Numbered from the stretch's first letter, positions 1-13,642 are shown. The stretch: 47,173 bases of DNA from Octopus bimaculoides (GCF_001194135.2 NC_068995.1:29791480-29838652); one strand, 5' to 3'. Translations and numbers: made by a program. Notes: generated by a model not told the origin, from the letters alone.

Positions 1-909
1 GTTTGAAAAAAATTTGTTGATAATTTCAGAGAAAAATGTGTGATTTAAGGGAGATCTGTTTGTTGTTTCTAGCATATCCCCAAACCGCCTTCCTCGTTTC
101 TTTCTCACTCACATGTCTTTTGATATTTTTCAATATTTTTCTCCCCATAAACAAATTTTATGGAATGATGATGTCAAAGTAACACGTGTAGTCCCAACTG
201 AGTGAGGCCATGTTATGTGTGTGTATAAGAAAAAAAACTCCTAAACACATCTATAGTGTTCATTTTAATCTGTCAAATGTAATGTTTATTTGTTCACGTT
301 ATTTTGAATTATTCAGGCTCAAGAGGTGTATCCACAATATTTGCTTGTAACTTTGTGAATTTTCTACATACAGGTTTCAAATTTTGTCAGTGGGTGCTTT
401 ATATACCACTAGTTTATAGTTATGTAATTTTAGCTGATCTTGCTGAGTAAATTTGACTTTTATGGGCAGATGAATTTAATTAACATGTGTAAAAGCAATA
501 ATATTATGGATAAACACTAAAACTGAGATTCTAAATGCATCTTACCTGTTTGATTTGTTACTAAAATTATCCTAGATGAAAACCGACAAAAATTTTGCCA
601 CTTTTCAAGATGAAGTACATTGATTTGAATTAATTAAAATACAAGTATAATTGGTACAAGATTTTCGTACCTCAGTGTGGAATATTTTTTTCCACAGTTT
701 TTTCAGGTGCATTCAATGTATCTGAGCTCCAAGCCCACTGCAAGCCACTTTTTTCTGGTAAAGAAATGTGGGAGGGGTGATGAGGACCTTGAAGTTTCCT
801 ACCAAGGGAGTTTTGTCTCGTGGGTCATTTTTTATTTCATATGGTTATTTTCCATGCTTTCAATGAATGTCACATCAAAATCACATGTAAACAGCTCCTT
901 TTTCCAGAA

Positions 910-1594
910 NNNNNNNNNNNNNNNNNNNNNNNNNNNNNNNNNNNNNNNNNNNNNNNNNNNNNNNNNNNNNNNNNNNNNNNNNNNNNNNNNNNNNNNNNNN
1001 NNNNNNNNNNNNNNNNNNNNNNNNNNNNNNNNNNNNNNNNNNNNNNNNNNNNNNNNNNNNNNNNNNNNNNNNNNNNNNNNNNNNNNNNNNNNNNNNNNNN
1101 NNNNNNNNNNNNNNNNNNNNNNNNNNNNNNNNNNNNNNNNNNNNNNNNNNNNNNNNNNNNNNNNNNNNNNNNNNNNNNNNNNNNNNNNNNNNNNNNNNNN
1201 NNNNNNNNNNNNNNNNNNNNNNNNNNNNNNNNNNNNNNNNNNNNNNNNNNNNNNNNNNNNNNNNNNNNNNNNNNNNNNNNNNNNNNNNNNNNNNNNNNNN
1301 NNNNNNNNNNNNNNNNNNNNNNNNNNNNNNNNNNNNNNNNNNNNNNNNNNNNNNNNNNNNNNNNNNNNNNNNNNNNNNNNNNNNNNNNNNNNNNNNNNNN
1401 NNNNNNNNNNNNNNNNNNNNNNNNNNNNNNNNNNNNNNNNNNNNNNNNNNNNNNNNNNNNNNNNNNNNNNNNNNNNNNNNNNNNNNNNNNNNNNNNNNNN
1501 NNNNNNNNNNNNNNNNNNNNNNNNNNNNNNNNNNNNNNNNNNNNNNNNNNNNNNNNNNNNNNNNNNNNNNNNNNNNNNNNNNNNNNNNNNNNNN
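910..1594. other. Assembly gap (N); further gaps at 3207-3336, 9896-10008 and 36325-36334
   Basis: Runs of N. Confidence 1.
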
Positions 1595-1668
<74 letters not shown>

Positions 1669-1680
1669 ACATATACACAT
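1595..1680. repeat. (CA)n microsatellite
   Basis: Direct reading; borders a gap. Confidence 0.95.
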
Positions 1681-1830
1681 GATAGGCTTCTTCCAGTTAC
1701 CACCTACCAAATCTACTCATAAAGGCTTTAGTAAACCCAAGGCTATAGTTGAAGACACTTGCCCAAGGTGCTGCACAGTGAGACTGAACTCAAGACCACA
1801 CAGTTAGGAAGTAAGCTTCTCAACCACACA
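1681..1830 (-). mobile_element. Family C SINE 5' part
   Basis: Homologous to 38770-38920; adjoins (CA)n. Confidence 0.75.
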
Positions 1831-1957
1831 CACACATACATAAACACCCACACACCCACACGTAGGTATATATACTTTTGTCAAACTTTGGATTTTTGAT
1901 TTCTCGACTATTAATTTTAAGTTTGTAACTTTCCCTGCAGCCCTTTAATAGATTTTT

Positions 1958-2090
1958 ACCATTTTTGGAAACAGGTGAGGGTTGGTAACAAGAAGGGCAT
2001 ACAGCTATAGAAAAAATGTGCCCTAACAAATTCTGTTTGCCCCATGTCAGCATGGAATAGTGGACATTAAAAGTTGATGATGATGATGAT
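1958..2090 (+). mobile_element. Family E 3' fragment
   Basis: ggaaacaggtgagggttggtaacaagaagggcatacagc ... cagcatggaatagtggacattaa-(GAT)n. Confidence 0.65.
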
Positions 2091-2499
2091 GTGTGTGTGT
2101 TTGGGTGTGTACATGTGTGTGTGTGCTTGGGTGTGTACATGTGTGCATGTATGTATACACATTTACATACAACACATATACACATTTCTCTAAAACGTGC
2201 TATACTAACAAACATAAACAAAACTATTTATTAAAATAATAAATATGATTTCAATTATTCATATTTACAGAGGGTGGGTATTACAGGTTTCAGTAATTTT
2301 AATTAAAATACAAAGATGGGCAGAAGGAAAAAAGTATGTTAAAAAGTAATATTAAGCAGAAAATTTGTTTGAAAAGCAATTTTCAAAACAATTGGGAGAT
2401 TGTTTTATTATATCCATTATATAATAGTAAACAAACATTTGTATAGTTTTTGTCTTCTCTTCCATATTTTTTTGAGCTATCATGACATATAATTACGAC

Positions 2500-2655
2500 T
2501 GCTAAGGAGGAAGACCAAAGAAAACCTGAAGTGATGAAAGCTGATCATAGGCTACTGAGCCTTAGAAAATACATGACAAAGTACTGTGACAAGTGTAGAG
2601 ACACTGTGTTGAAACTGATCTGTCAAACCCATGTCAGCATGGAAAAGAAAATGTA
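2500..2655 (+). mobile_element. Short RTE 3' fragment and tail
   Basis: ggaggaagaccaaagaaaacc (GRPKKT) followed by aacccatgtcagcatggaaaag. Confidence 0.55.
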
Positions 2656-3365
2656 AAAATGATACTGACGCATACACGCACATACAAATACAACCCTACA
2701 CAAACACATATATGTATTTAGTTTATGCATAAACCAATACATCTGAAGATGTAAACACACTGTTATGCATACAACTACACACAAAGATGTATCTTGAAAA
2801 TAACTGAGAGTATTAGTGAAACTGGGAGAAATAGAATACACAGTAGAAGAAAGGAGATGCCGTTTGGGTTTGAACCAGAATGTGGGAACTTATATGTTAT
2901 ATTTCATGCTAGATAACTGCAAGAATAGTTCTTAGCTAAGAAGAAATAATTGTTTTGCATTCATCGTAAAAGAACCCTGTATTATCATCCTGTATGAAAT
3001 GAGAAAACTGTATAGAGGAATGGTTTGTCTTTAAGTTCCACTACTCACTACTGTGCTTCAAGTAAAGAATACAGGAAGTCTTTTAGAAGTGGTATATGGT
3101 GATTATCTAAATCGTATTTATTATTTTAATAAAAAGTTTTGTTGAGTTTGTCAGAATAGGACATTTTAGAGAAATTTGTGTAGGTGTTGTATATAAATGT
3201 GTGTATNNNNNNNNNNNNNNNNNNNNNNNNNNNNNNNNNNNNNNNNNNNNNNNNNNNNNNNNNNNNNNNNNNNNNNNNNNNNNNNNNNNNNNNNNNNNNN
3301 NNNNNNNNNNNNNNNNNNNNNNNNNNNNNNNNNNNNTATATATGTATGTATATATACATACATAC

Positions 3366-3403
<38 letters not shown>

Positions 3404-3840
3404 ATAAAATAGTGTACATTTAAGCACAAGAGAAACTGCCTTTAACAGGCAGTTTTACACACTAGAAGAAGCAGTCAAAACGACCAAAACTGCATTTAAG
3501 AGCATTTTCGAAGGGATTGAAAAATAAAAACTTTTACCTTGTTATTTTTTTATGGTCATATCTAGGTTTCAAATTTTATTTAGCAAATAAAATAATTTGC
3601 TAGGCGAAATTCACATCAGTGGCCATGCCAAACATTAACATATAGTTTAGAGACAAAATAACATGTCTCATCATTATATATTATAATTTTTCAAAATCAA
3701 CATATAAGTAGTATTTATACATAGATACATATATATATATACATACATACATACAAATATATGTGTGTGTGTGTGTATATATATGTATGTATGTATATAT
3801 ATATATATGTGTGTGTATGTGTATATATATATATATATAT

Positions 3841-3993
3841 CATCATCATCGTTTAACGCCCACTTTCCATGCTAGCATGGGTTGGACGATTTGACTGAGG
3901 ACTGGCGAACCAGATGGCTGTACCAGGCTCCAATCTGATCTGGCAGAGTTTCTACAGTTGGATGCCCTTCCTAACGCCAACCACTCTGAGAGT
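3841..3993 (-). mobile_element. RTE 3'UTR/tail copy (family A)
   Basis: catcatcatcgtttaacgcccactttccatgctagcatggg...ggatgcccttcctaacgccaaccactc. Confidence 0.85.
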
Positions 3994-5821
3994 ATTTTTA
4001 AGAGACTGTTGTTAAGAAAATTATCCCCTGTCAAACACAAAAAATATTGCAACTATATTCTGCCCCCCAAAAACATGTGAAATTTGTTTCAATGAAATAA
4101 TTAAATTATTATCAAAAATTTTCAGGAAGAGAAGTTCCCTGTTCAATATTCGCTGGAAGTGTTTGAATTTAGTAAAAAAAGATGATGAAAATTTCGTCAC
4201 CTCTGCCGGAGTAATCAATCAAGAATTCAAAAAATTCAAACTAAAAGAATTAACCCCAGACATGTCCAAATGTCTAACTTTTGTTCAAGGGTCAACTGCA
4301 AGAAAAGATGCAGAGATATATGCACAGATATTAACAGAATTAGAGCAGGACCAGAATTTGACTCTGCAGGCAGAGGAATGTCAGAGAATTATTAATCTAC
4401 AACATGACACAAATAAAATCGAAGAAAAGGCTTATTGTTACATACATGCCTGTCGACCTGTAACGGATAAGGAAAAGGAAAAACAAAGATCAAGACCCAA
4501 TCCATGCTATTGGTATGGAGGTCTACAGTTTAACAACACGTGTCCATTAAAAAATTTAAAATGCTTTAACTGTCAAAAAAAAAAGCTCACATAAAAGCTC
4601 ACATTGCAGAGTAAAAATAGGTTGAACGGAAAAAATTCTGGAAAAGTTTTTTCAGCTGAAAGTCTAGGCAAGGCTCACAAAAGAAAGTTTGTCTACATAA
4701 AAATTAATAATGTGAATGTGAAGTTACAGCTAGATACAGGCAGCAATATTACAATTATTAACACTGACACATGGAAAAAAATAGAAAAGCCTACATTAAT
4801 GGAAAGTTTAAAAATTGCAATAGGTGTCTCAGGAAAAATTTACATCTTTGGGACAAAATGATAACTGAGGTTATATTTTGGGCTAAAACCTTGAAAGCAG
4901 AGATTTTGCATTAAATAATGCAATAAATTTGTTTGGTACTGACCAGATGAAATTGTTTAATTTATGGAACCTCCCCATAAATCTGTTTTGTAAAAGTATA
5001 AATGGTTTTCTCCTCCAGTGAAAACAAGTCGTCAGACAAATTGAAAGTAAAAAATATTTTTCCTGAAGTTCTGCCCAATAAATTAGATCTGTGTACCAAG
5101 ACAAAGGCATGCTTTCAAATAAAAGAAAATGCCATATCAGTATTTAAACCAAAACAAATGGTACCCTTCACAGCAATGAAGCAAGTCAATGAAGAACTAG
5201 AGAGACAAGAATAATAAAATTAGGGTGTGCACTGATTTTTCCACTGGTTTAAATGAATGTCTTAAAATGTTCAACTATCTGCTTCCTACTCTGGAAGATA
5301 TTTTTGTGAAATTGAGTGGTGCAAAGATATTTTCGAAATTGGATCTCTCTGAGGCATACCTATAAATTAGAGTAGATGATGAATGCTCAAAGTACCTAAC
5401 AGTTAACACACATAAAAGATTGTATAAGTACCACAGGTTACTGTTTGGTTTAAAAGTTGCACTAGCAATTTTTCAACAGATTATGGATGCAATGTTAGTG
5501 ACCTGTGAATTTGCAATTCTCTATCATTAAAAATGAATCCAGGGATAAACATGTTGAGCATGTAAAATATATATTTGGAAAAATTAAGAATTACGGCTTT
5601 ATCTTGAGTGAAGAAAAGTGTGCATTTTTCTTACCAGAAATAAGATATTTAGGACAAGTCATTGACAGAAATGGATAACAACCTGACCTGCCGAGGGCAG
5701 ATGCAATTAAAAATATGCCTCCTCCAACTAATATAGCAACCTTACAAGCATTTTTAGGACTAGCAAATTATTACCAAAATTATATCCCAAATATGCATAA
5801 ATTTAGGGCTCCACTGAATAA
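3994..5821 (+). mobile_element. Ty3/gypsy LTR retrotransposon internal remnant (gag-PR-RT-start of RNase H), no LTRs seen
   Basis: Gag SLFNIRWKCLNLVKKDDENF..KCLTFVQG; knuckle-like CPLKNLKCFNC; protease LQLDTGSNITII; RT LPTLEDIFVKLSGAKIFSKLDLSEAY; connection PPPTNIATLQAFLGLANYY. Multiple stops; truncated by a SINE at ~5822. Confidence 0.9.
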
Positions 5822-6120
5822 TTTCTTCCCAACCACATTGTTCTGGGTTCAGTCCCACTGCATGACACCTTGGGCAAATGTCTCCTACTATAGCCTCAGG
5901 GCAACCAAAGTCATGTGAATGAATTTGGTAAACAGAAACTGAAAGAAGCTTGTTGTGTATATGTGTGTGTGTGTCTTTATGGCCTGTGTTTGTCCCCCAC
6001 CACCACTTGACAATTGCTGTTGGAGTGTTTACACCCCCTTAACTTAGTGGTTTGCCAAAATAGCCCAATATAATAAGTACCAACCTTAAGAAGAACTGGG
6101 GTCAAATCATTCAACTAAAA
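5822..6120 (+). mobile_element. Family C SINE truncating the gypsy remnant
   Basis: ctgggttcagtcccactgcatgacaccttgggcaaatgtc ... ctggggtcaaat. Confidence 0.8.
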
Positions 6121-6137
6121 TTTCTTAAAGAAACTAG

Positions 6138-6220
6138 TCCAAGGTGCCATACAATGGCACTGAACCCAAGACCATATGGTTGGGAAACAAACTTCTTACC
6201 TCAGAGCTATGCCTGTACCT
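6138..6220 (-). mobile_element. Family C SINE head, inverted relative to 5822-6120
   Basis: Reverse complement reads gtttcccaaccatatggtcttgggttcagtgccattgtatggcaccttgg. Confidence 0.65.
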
Positions 6221-6358
6221 AAATCTTAATAACTATAGAATAAATCTTTTATTTGCATTTACTACTACTACTACTACAAGAAAATAGCTTCAAATTTTTT
6301 TGCATAAGTATTGTTAAAGTATACTAGTTATTGGCACCAAATCTTAATAAATATCATG

Positions 6359-7194
6359 TGGAAAAATAATTATAATTACATGGAAAAATGCGAGCAAAGA
6401 AAATAATATTCTTAAGATTATATAAACCTGGAAAAGTTCAGGACAACTTATTACATCTGGTAAAGTACAGAACAAGAAAATTTTTACTTAAAATATTGCA
6501 GCTAAGGATAAAATTTCAAATGAAATATTTAGATTTAGAAAACATTAGCTTTTATTAAAACTAAAAATTTTATTACAAGTTATTACTTCTATTTGTTATT
6601 AGTTGTTAATTCTATCAAAAATTTAAAATAACTCAAAATATTTTTTACACTTTAAAAAATTCATTTTTAAAATTATTAATTAATAATTAGAAATATGAAA
6701 ATAGGTTATAAAAAATAATAGTAGTACATAATTAGTTAGTACAATAAATAGAATAATACAAAAATTAGTTATATATTACAATATAATCTACCTATAACAA
6801 CAAATTCACAGTAGAATTTGCTTGAGTTATTGCCCAAGCTATTGCCAAGTTATTACCATATATATGATTCTACTTTGCATAAAACTTTAGCTATATTGGT
6901 ACTTCTGGCTCTCATTTTTTAAGTATTCTAGTGTGTCAATATTTTAACAAAATGATGGTACCTTTTTTAATTACAATGTTACTTTGTAAATTAAATTCAA
7001 ATAATTTTTCATATTCAAATTTTATCCTTAGCTGCAATATTTTAAGTAAAAATATTTTCTTGTTCTGTACTTTTACCAGATGTAATAAGTTGTCCTGAAC
7101 TTTTCCAAGTGTAATAACTTGCCCTGTAATTTTCCCTGTAATCTTAATATTATTTCTTTTGCTTGCATTTTTCCATGTAATCCATGTTTTTTCC
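6359..7194. mobile_element. Foldback/MITE-like element with ~170-190 bp inverted arms
   Basis: 6359-6530 matches the reverse complement of 7003-7194 (shared ggaaaagttcaggacaacttattacatctgg and aaaatattgcagctaaggataaaattt). AT-rich spacer; no TSD found. Confidence 0.75.
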
Positions 7195-7884
7195 AGGCTA
7201 TGCTATAATTCTAATTAATAATGTGTCAAATGTGTCAATTAGCGGTGTCATTGATAATTTTTTCCCTACCTCAATGATGCCAATGACATATATTAAAAGT
7301 CCCCTTATAGAAATATATTCATAAAAAAGTATAGAACTATATTATCACCCTCAAATTTGAGAAACAAACACTCATAACTTTTTTCTTTTAAAACTTATCC
7401 AATTTTTTGCCTTACTTATATTTTTTTTCATGATATTTTACCTCACAACTTTTATGATACAAATTTTTGTTGCATGGGAATAAAACTATGAAATTATTTA
7501 CACTTTCTTCTTTCATTGAAGCTAAGATAAATATATTTTGCTTTTAAAATAAAAATGTTATCTAAATCTAAACTTGATTGGTGGCATTATTTACTCTCCT
7601 ATAATGTTGCTATGAATGTTGATGTAAACTTTTTTCTACTGGATCAAATCTCAATTTTTTGATGCCAAAATGTAGCTAGGGACCAGTCCTCTTCAAAAAT
7701 TTTAACAGTTTTCAATTTGGTTAAGAACTGAATTAGAGACAAGGCTCTGAAAGATGCTGCATGTGAGTAAATTGCAGCCTTAAGAATATTATTCAACTAC
7801 AGTATTAGTTGAATAATAATATTATAATTATAATAATATTATAATTATAAAAATAATTATAATTATTGGATAAAAAGAGGGCTA

Positions 7885-8185
7885 AGGACTTGATGGGAAT
7901 GCTGTGGTTGGAGGAATCAGTGGAACAGCTGGCAAAGATGAATGGAGTGCAGTAGTATGGAAATGTGCTGAGGAAGGATGAGGATCATGTTCTGAGGAGA
8001 GTACTTGAGTTTAGAGTGACTGAGTCATGAAAGTGAGGTCAACCAAAGAAAACATGAAGGAGAATATTGGGAGGGTTGGCTTGAGGAGGGTGATGATGAG
8101 ATGGTGTGAGAGCAGTTGCTGTAGGAGTGAGGTAGATCCAGCCATCCCCATTAATGGGGACAAACCCAGATTCAAAATAGTGGAC
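7885..8185 (+). mobile_element. RTE-clade LINE 3' fragment ending in an (AAT)n tail
   Basis: Translates LMGMLWLEESVEQLAKMNGVQ*YGNVLRKDEDHVLRRVLEF...GQPKKT, a typical RTE ORF C-terminus, followed directly by (AAT)n. Confidence 0.75.

Positions 8186-8223
<38 letters not shown>
8186..8223. repeat. (AAT)n microsatellite at the RTE/Tx1 junction
   Basis: Direct reading. Confidence 0.95.
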
Positions 8224-8226
<3 letters not shown>

Positions 8227-8508
8227 TGATTTCTTTTATTTGCCTCCAGGGTAAAGGATGAGGGGGACAATACAAAGACAGGCATAAAGTGTGGGAGTTT
8301 ACATATAATGGAATGATGAGTTAAAAAGTATACACGGTATACATTAGAAGAAGGGAAGTATACACAGTATACGACACTAAAAAAAGAGGGAAAAAAAATA
8401 TAATAATGGGGTCCTCCTGATGCAGGAGGACCTCTAGGGATAACCCCACCATCCAAGATCCCCCTGGATATCAAGGACAAGAGCCCTCGCCAACTTCTTT
8501 CTTCTGAC

Positions 8509-11500
8509 TCACAGGTCTACACTGAGAGAGGTACCATCCACTCTTGCTATTCTCGCAACTTTCACCCACCTTTTGATAAATTCACTTGAGGACAGCACCT
8601 CTCTTTCCACCCTCACTTTCCTTTTCAAGGAAAAAGTTGATGAGGGCTTTGTCAAAGTGGAATGTCTCTGTCCTCATTCCTTTCAGCTTCATCCACGTCT
8701 TTCACCACACCCACCAGACAAAGGAAAACTGTCTTGCCAGCCCTATTAAAGGAGGGTGTTGGGGCAATCATCATTATGGATTTGGCTGACAGATGGATCT
8801 GTCCTACTCACAACAGGAGCTTTTCGACATAACTTCACAAGCCAGCAATGCCCAGACGCTGAACAAGTGCATGCAGAATGGTTTCATCGCTCTGCAATCA
8901 CCTCAGACAAGCCCATCTGACAGCACATCTGTGCCTGTAGAGTTTATCTCAAACTGGTAGTGTCCCCCTGATAGCACTGCCAAGGCAAAGACATCTGGAA
9001 ATTATCCATAACAGTCCCTGACTGGTAAGTCCTCCGGAATAGACTTACCAGTTTGTCTTCATCGACACCTTTGGTCTCCCCGAGGACGTTGTCACACTTC
9101 CCTGCTACTAATCCTCTGTAAATATCTAAAGTGGAACATCCACTAATCTTATTGCCTGACTTGTAGAGGACAGTGAGTGCTTGATGACATTCTAAGTGCC
9201 AGTCTTTTATCCAGGACTGCTGCTCTGTCAAGGAGACAAGCTGTGAAAAAGTGTGTCTCACAAATGGAGCCCACACATGTTTACCTTCTAGAAATCACTG
9301 CAAATGGCACAACCTGAGTGTGTGTCTGCACATTAAAAGCCATGGCATGTCTTAGCTGCCATGCAAAAAGTTGGCAGCAGACCAACCACCTGACCATTGG
9401 AACACGTCCCTTCCACAAGAAAATAAACAGGATACACTCCAATCTAATCAAGCAGTAACTGGGGCAAGGCATGACGGTCAGATGATAAATAATGACAGAG
9501 GTGATGTAGGCACTTGCCACCTCATCCTGACCTTTCAGGGTCAACTTACCCCATTTTTGAGTAAGAGAGGTCACCCTGTTTGTCACCTCTTCCTAATTCT
9601 TATCCACCTGGAGGTCGGGACCAAACCAGACCCTGAGCAGTTTAACTGGTCCATCAGTCCAGCATCCGACAGCATAGATCTGCCTCTCCAGGTGCCCAGT
9701 CGCAATCCCACTGACTTGTCAGCATTGATTTTAGCCCCTGCAACCGACTCGTATTCCTTTACAATGGAGCTGACTGTCTCTACTTCAGAGCTGTCTGACA
9801 CTATGCCGGTGACATCGTTCACATATGCAGACACTGCCCTCCCTAGTCCAATTTCGAAAGGAAGGCCTCTTAACTGTTCCAACTTCCGCAGCAGTNNNNN
9901 NNNNNNNNNNNNNNNNNNNNNNNNNNNNNNNNNNNNNNNNNNNNNNNNNNNNNNNNNNNNNNNNNNNNNNNNNNNNNNNNNNNNNNNNNNNNNNNNNNNN
10001 NNNNNNNNCTAATAGGTGGCCATTTGCTTTAATCACTGAGTAGGTGCCGCTGTGCACTGCAGCAATCAAGCCTCTGAAAATGGGTCCGAAACCAGACACT
10101 TTAAGGACAGCTTGCAAGTAGTGATGATCTACCTTATTGGAAGCTTTTGATTAATCTATATTGATCAGGGCTCCACCAAAGCCAGCTTTAGTCCCAGCCC
10201 TCTCTACAATGTATCACATAAGGTGAGGTTGTCATGGATAGACCAGCTTGGGATTGCACACGTTTGTGCCTCCCCAACTAGACTACCAATGACAAGCACC
10301 AACCTTGACCAAAATCTTAAACTCTGTGTTTAGCAGAGTTATGGGCCGAAAATTCCCTAAAACATCCCCATTGTTGGCATCCTTTCTCAGTAGTGTTACC
10401 ACACTCCAGTTAACAGCACTAGTAATTCTCCCATTCCGCTGCCAGTTACTGTAGACATCTGCCAAGAGGCAACCAAACAAATCTGGCATGAAAACATAGA
10501 ATTCGTAGGCCAGACCATCCAGACCAGGTGATTTGCAACTTGTGCAATTGCTCATTGTCTCCCATATTTGGTGGCTATAATCGGCTTTTTGCAGAGTCTT
10601 GTGTCCATCACCAAGAACCATGTAGGACATCTAGGTACGAAGTAAAGTCTGCTACTGTCATCGACCCATCACCCTCCCCAACCAGCTGCACAAAGTGCTA
10701 CTGGAAAGTAGCACACATCTGCTGAGAACCGAGTAGCACATGTCCGTCCTGATCCTCCAAAAACTTGATTGTAGTTTTGTTTCCATGTCGCGTCTCTACC
10801 ATTCAGGTCCATCAGACAGCTTTAGTTCCTTCGTGTTTTAGCACATGGGCCTTAGCTCTGACAGCGCACCCTTCATGTTTCACTCAAAGAAATGGTGAAA
10901 CAGCCATTCTCACCACTAACACATCAGTTGTGATGCCTTTACTAATAACTTCTTCTAGTTTGCTAACTAGTTCTCCTTCTGATCTATTTCTTTTTATTGC
11001 CAAACCATTGCTAAATGCTATCTATTCTACTCTAATTGCTCTCTTCAGAGCGATCCACCACCGGTTGTTGACGATAGCTCCTGTCAACTGCCTCTTAACT
11101 AGTTCTCTAATCTGGTCCCTGTAGTCTTTGCGAGCCGGTACGGACACATTCAACTTACAGTAATCAGGTCCCTGTCTACGGGTCCTATCTAAATCGACTG
11201 AACATATCACAAATTTGTGATCTGTGTAGCTGACCAATTGAAATTGTGGACAACCTATGCTACCTTATCCTCTGACCTAACAGATACTCTATCTAAATAC
11301 GATCTGGATGACCCACTGTGGTTGCTCCATGTCCACACTGGCACATTAGGGAAATCCAGTCAGTACCTGTCAGAAAGTTGGAAAGTCCTGAGTAGGTTTA
11401 TGAGGCTTTTACACCCCCTTCTACTATGTACTAAACCCACACAGTCCTTCCACGTGTCCAGAATACTATTCCTGTCCCCCACTAGTACTAAAGTGCAAGA

Positions 11501-11887
11501 CATTCCCAAGAATGTTTCTAGATGCCTGAAGAAAGCTGGCCTTCCAGCCCCTGTTGGGGCATAAATCACCACCAATCTATAGGCGCCACCTTTGCTGCTA
11601 TTCACATCTAGGACCACAACCCTACCACCCAGGTCCAGGAAGGTGGCCCATACTTGGAGAACTAAGGATTTCTAGAGTAACATTGCTACACTGCCACCTG
11701 CTCCTGATAGACCACAAGATGAGAATACCTCGTAGTCCTAGAAAATGGATGCTGGAGTGTGTTTTCTGGAGATCCTTTTTTCACTAATGTGAAAATCAAG
11801 TGACCTGAGATCATTAAACAAGTGGCCCTGCTTCCAAGCTGATCCCAGGCCACACACATTCACACACCCCATTCTTAGCACAGCCAT
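8509..11887 (-). pseudogene. Tx1 ORF2 remnant: APE endonuclease, reverse transcriptase and C-terminal zinc motif
   Basis: Motifs: MAVLRMGCVNVCGL start; YRLVVIYAP and LVLVGDRN (APE); KSPGLDGLAYEFY, NFRPITLLNTEFKILVK, AYVNDVT (degenerate YADD), GAKINADKS (RT); CLR*LQSDETILHAL (decayed CCHC); end LKRKVRVERE..FIKRW..SVDL*. Contains an N gap at 9896-10008. Confidence 0.88.
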
Positions 11888-11994
11888 GCTAGTTGGAGAA
11901 AGAAAATGAGGAGGTTATTCACCTTGATTTTCGAGAAGTTCCAGGCCTCTCAACTGGTGAAAATATTTTAAAAGGCCCTTCCAACAGCCTTTTA

Positions 11995-13642
11995 TCAACA
12001 GATTTTTTTTTTAATCCCCACACTACTTGAGAATTTTTCTATTATAGTTTTATAAATTAGATGTTTGTCCTTGGGGGTTTCAAGGAAGAAATCTTCAAAT
12101 TCCTTTCCCTTTGTCTCTATTTTGTTTTTGTTTTGACTTACAAAATCCATCAATTCACTGTTACACTTGTTCACAACAGTGAAATTGATGGATACTTTTC
12201 GTCTACAGTCTGATGAATATTTTCGAAGATCTGTAATTGGTTTGTTTCTGTGTTTCTGTGATTTCATACTGTTGTTGACGATGTTGTTTTTGAAGTTGCT
12301 AACCTTGTTCTTGTGATTTTTTAATTGTGTTGCAGCTGTGGTTTCAGAATAAGTTTTTGTTGATTTCTTAGAGTTGGGCTCTGTACTCCCCTCCTCTTTC
12401 GCTGACCCCCTTTTGTCACTGTGATCCATTGATCGTTCAGCTCTTCTTTCTCCATGTCATTGCAGTTGATGTTGGTTTGGGAGGAAGAGCATTCAGGAGA
12501 AACTTGCTTTTCTGTGACAACCAAGGGTAGACTCCTTCTTTGTCTTGGTTTGGGAGTGAGTGTGAACATGGGTGTAGGAGCAGGTGTAGGAGTCTTGAGC
12601 ACTTGTTTATGATTTTGCACTTGTGGTATTTGTAAGGTTGGCAACAGTGGGACTTTATCTTACCTTGATTCAGATCAGAAAGCCTTTAAGTGATTTACAG
12701 ATCCACATATGTGGACTCTTGGCCTTCTACCATCCACGAACACTGACAGGTGAGTACCATCCAGCTAGTCGATATGGTCCTGTTTACATTGCAAGGTCAG
12801 TTCCACACCTATACCTAACCAGTTTTGCTTCGGTAGCTTCTTGACCTCCAATATTGTGACTTCATCTTCTTCTAAACCTACCAAGATATCCCCCACTAAC
12901 CAGGTAATGGATATTTCTGGCAGCACATTCAGCACCTTAATTTGGCAAGGCATTGGCTGCAATAGCTGGGAATTAAGAAAAAGTTGTCATTCCTTAAATT
13001 GGTTGCGAAATTAAATCTAGCTTCTTCTGCCCCAAATCTCACCTCAATAGTTCCAAACTTCTTTCCTTGGGTGATGTGGATCTTTTGTTCCTGCATGCAC
13101 CCAAAACATTTTTGTACTTTGCTCACAGGAGCATTTTCCACCTGCTGAGACGTGACTCCGATGCAACGATATGTTACTGTGCATCTTGCAATATTTTCTA
13201 TCACGTCAGATGGAGGGTTTAGAGCTACCCTTCTCCCATCTCTTTTTACAATTTTTCTTTCCAATTTTAATTCTTCTTCATTTATATGGAAACTTCCCGT
13301 ATTTCCTACCACAGACACAAAAGATGCAGCGGCGATATTTACGTTTTTATGTTTCATTTCTTTCATATTGTAATTGCTGTTGTTATTGTTATTGTTATTG
13401 CTGTCACTGCTGCTGCTGTTGCTGTTGTCAACACCAAAAGTTTTGATGTTGCTTAGAGACAAAACATTTTTCACCTTGGTGATGTCATTAAGTTTAAGCC
13501 ATTTGTTATTCATAGTCTCAATTCTTTCCTTGTCAATTTTTTCTGACAAGGAGCCCATTCCTTTGTTAAACATTATGATGGCTTCTTTAACATCCATCTT
13601 TAAATGATTGCTGGAAATTGCAAAATATTTGCTTTTTGCCAA
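11995..13642 (-). pseudogene. Tx1 ORF1 (gag-like) remnant with zinc knuckle
   Basis: Frameshifted ORF pieces upstream of ORF2. Includes VDGRRPRVHICGSVNHLKAF (~12670-12740, degenerate CCHC knuckle), a Ser/Asn low-complexity patch and a Lys-rich C-terminus. Confidence 0.7.

Noticed and set aside
677-1807. Long ORFs of 265-376 aa in the ORF track (also 3107-3429 and 9371-10012)
   Set aside because: They are open only because they cross N gaps and (CA)n/(TA)n repeats, or are antisense to Tx1 ORF2.
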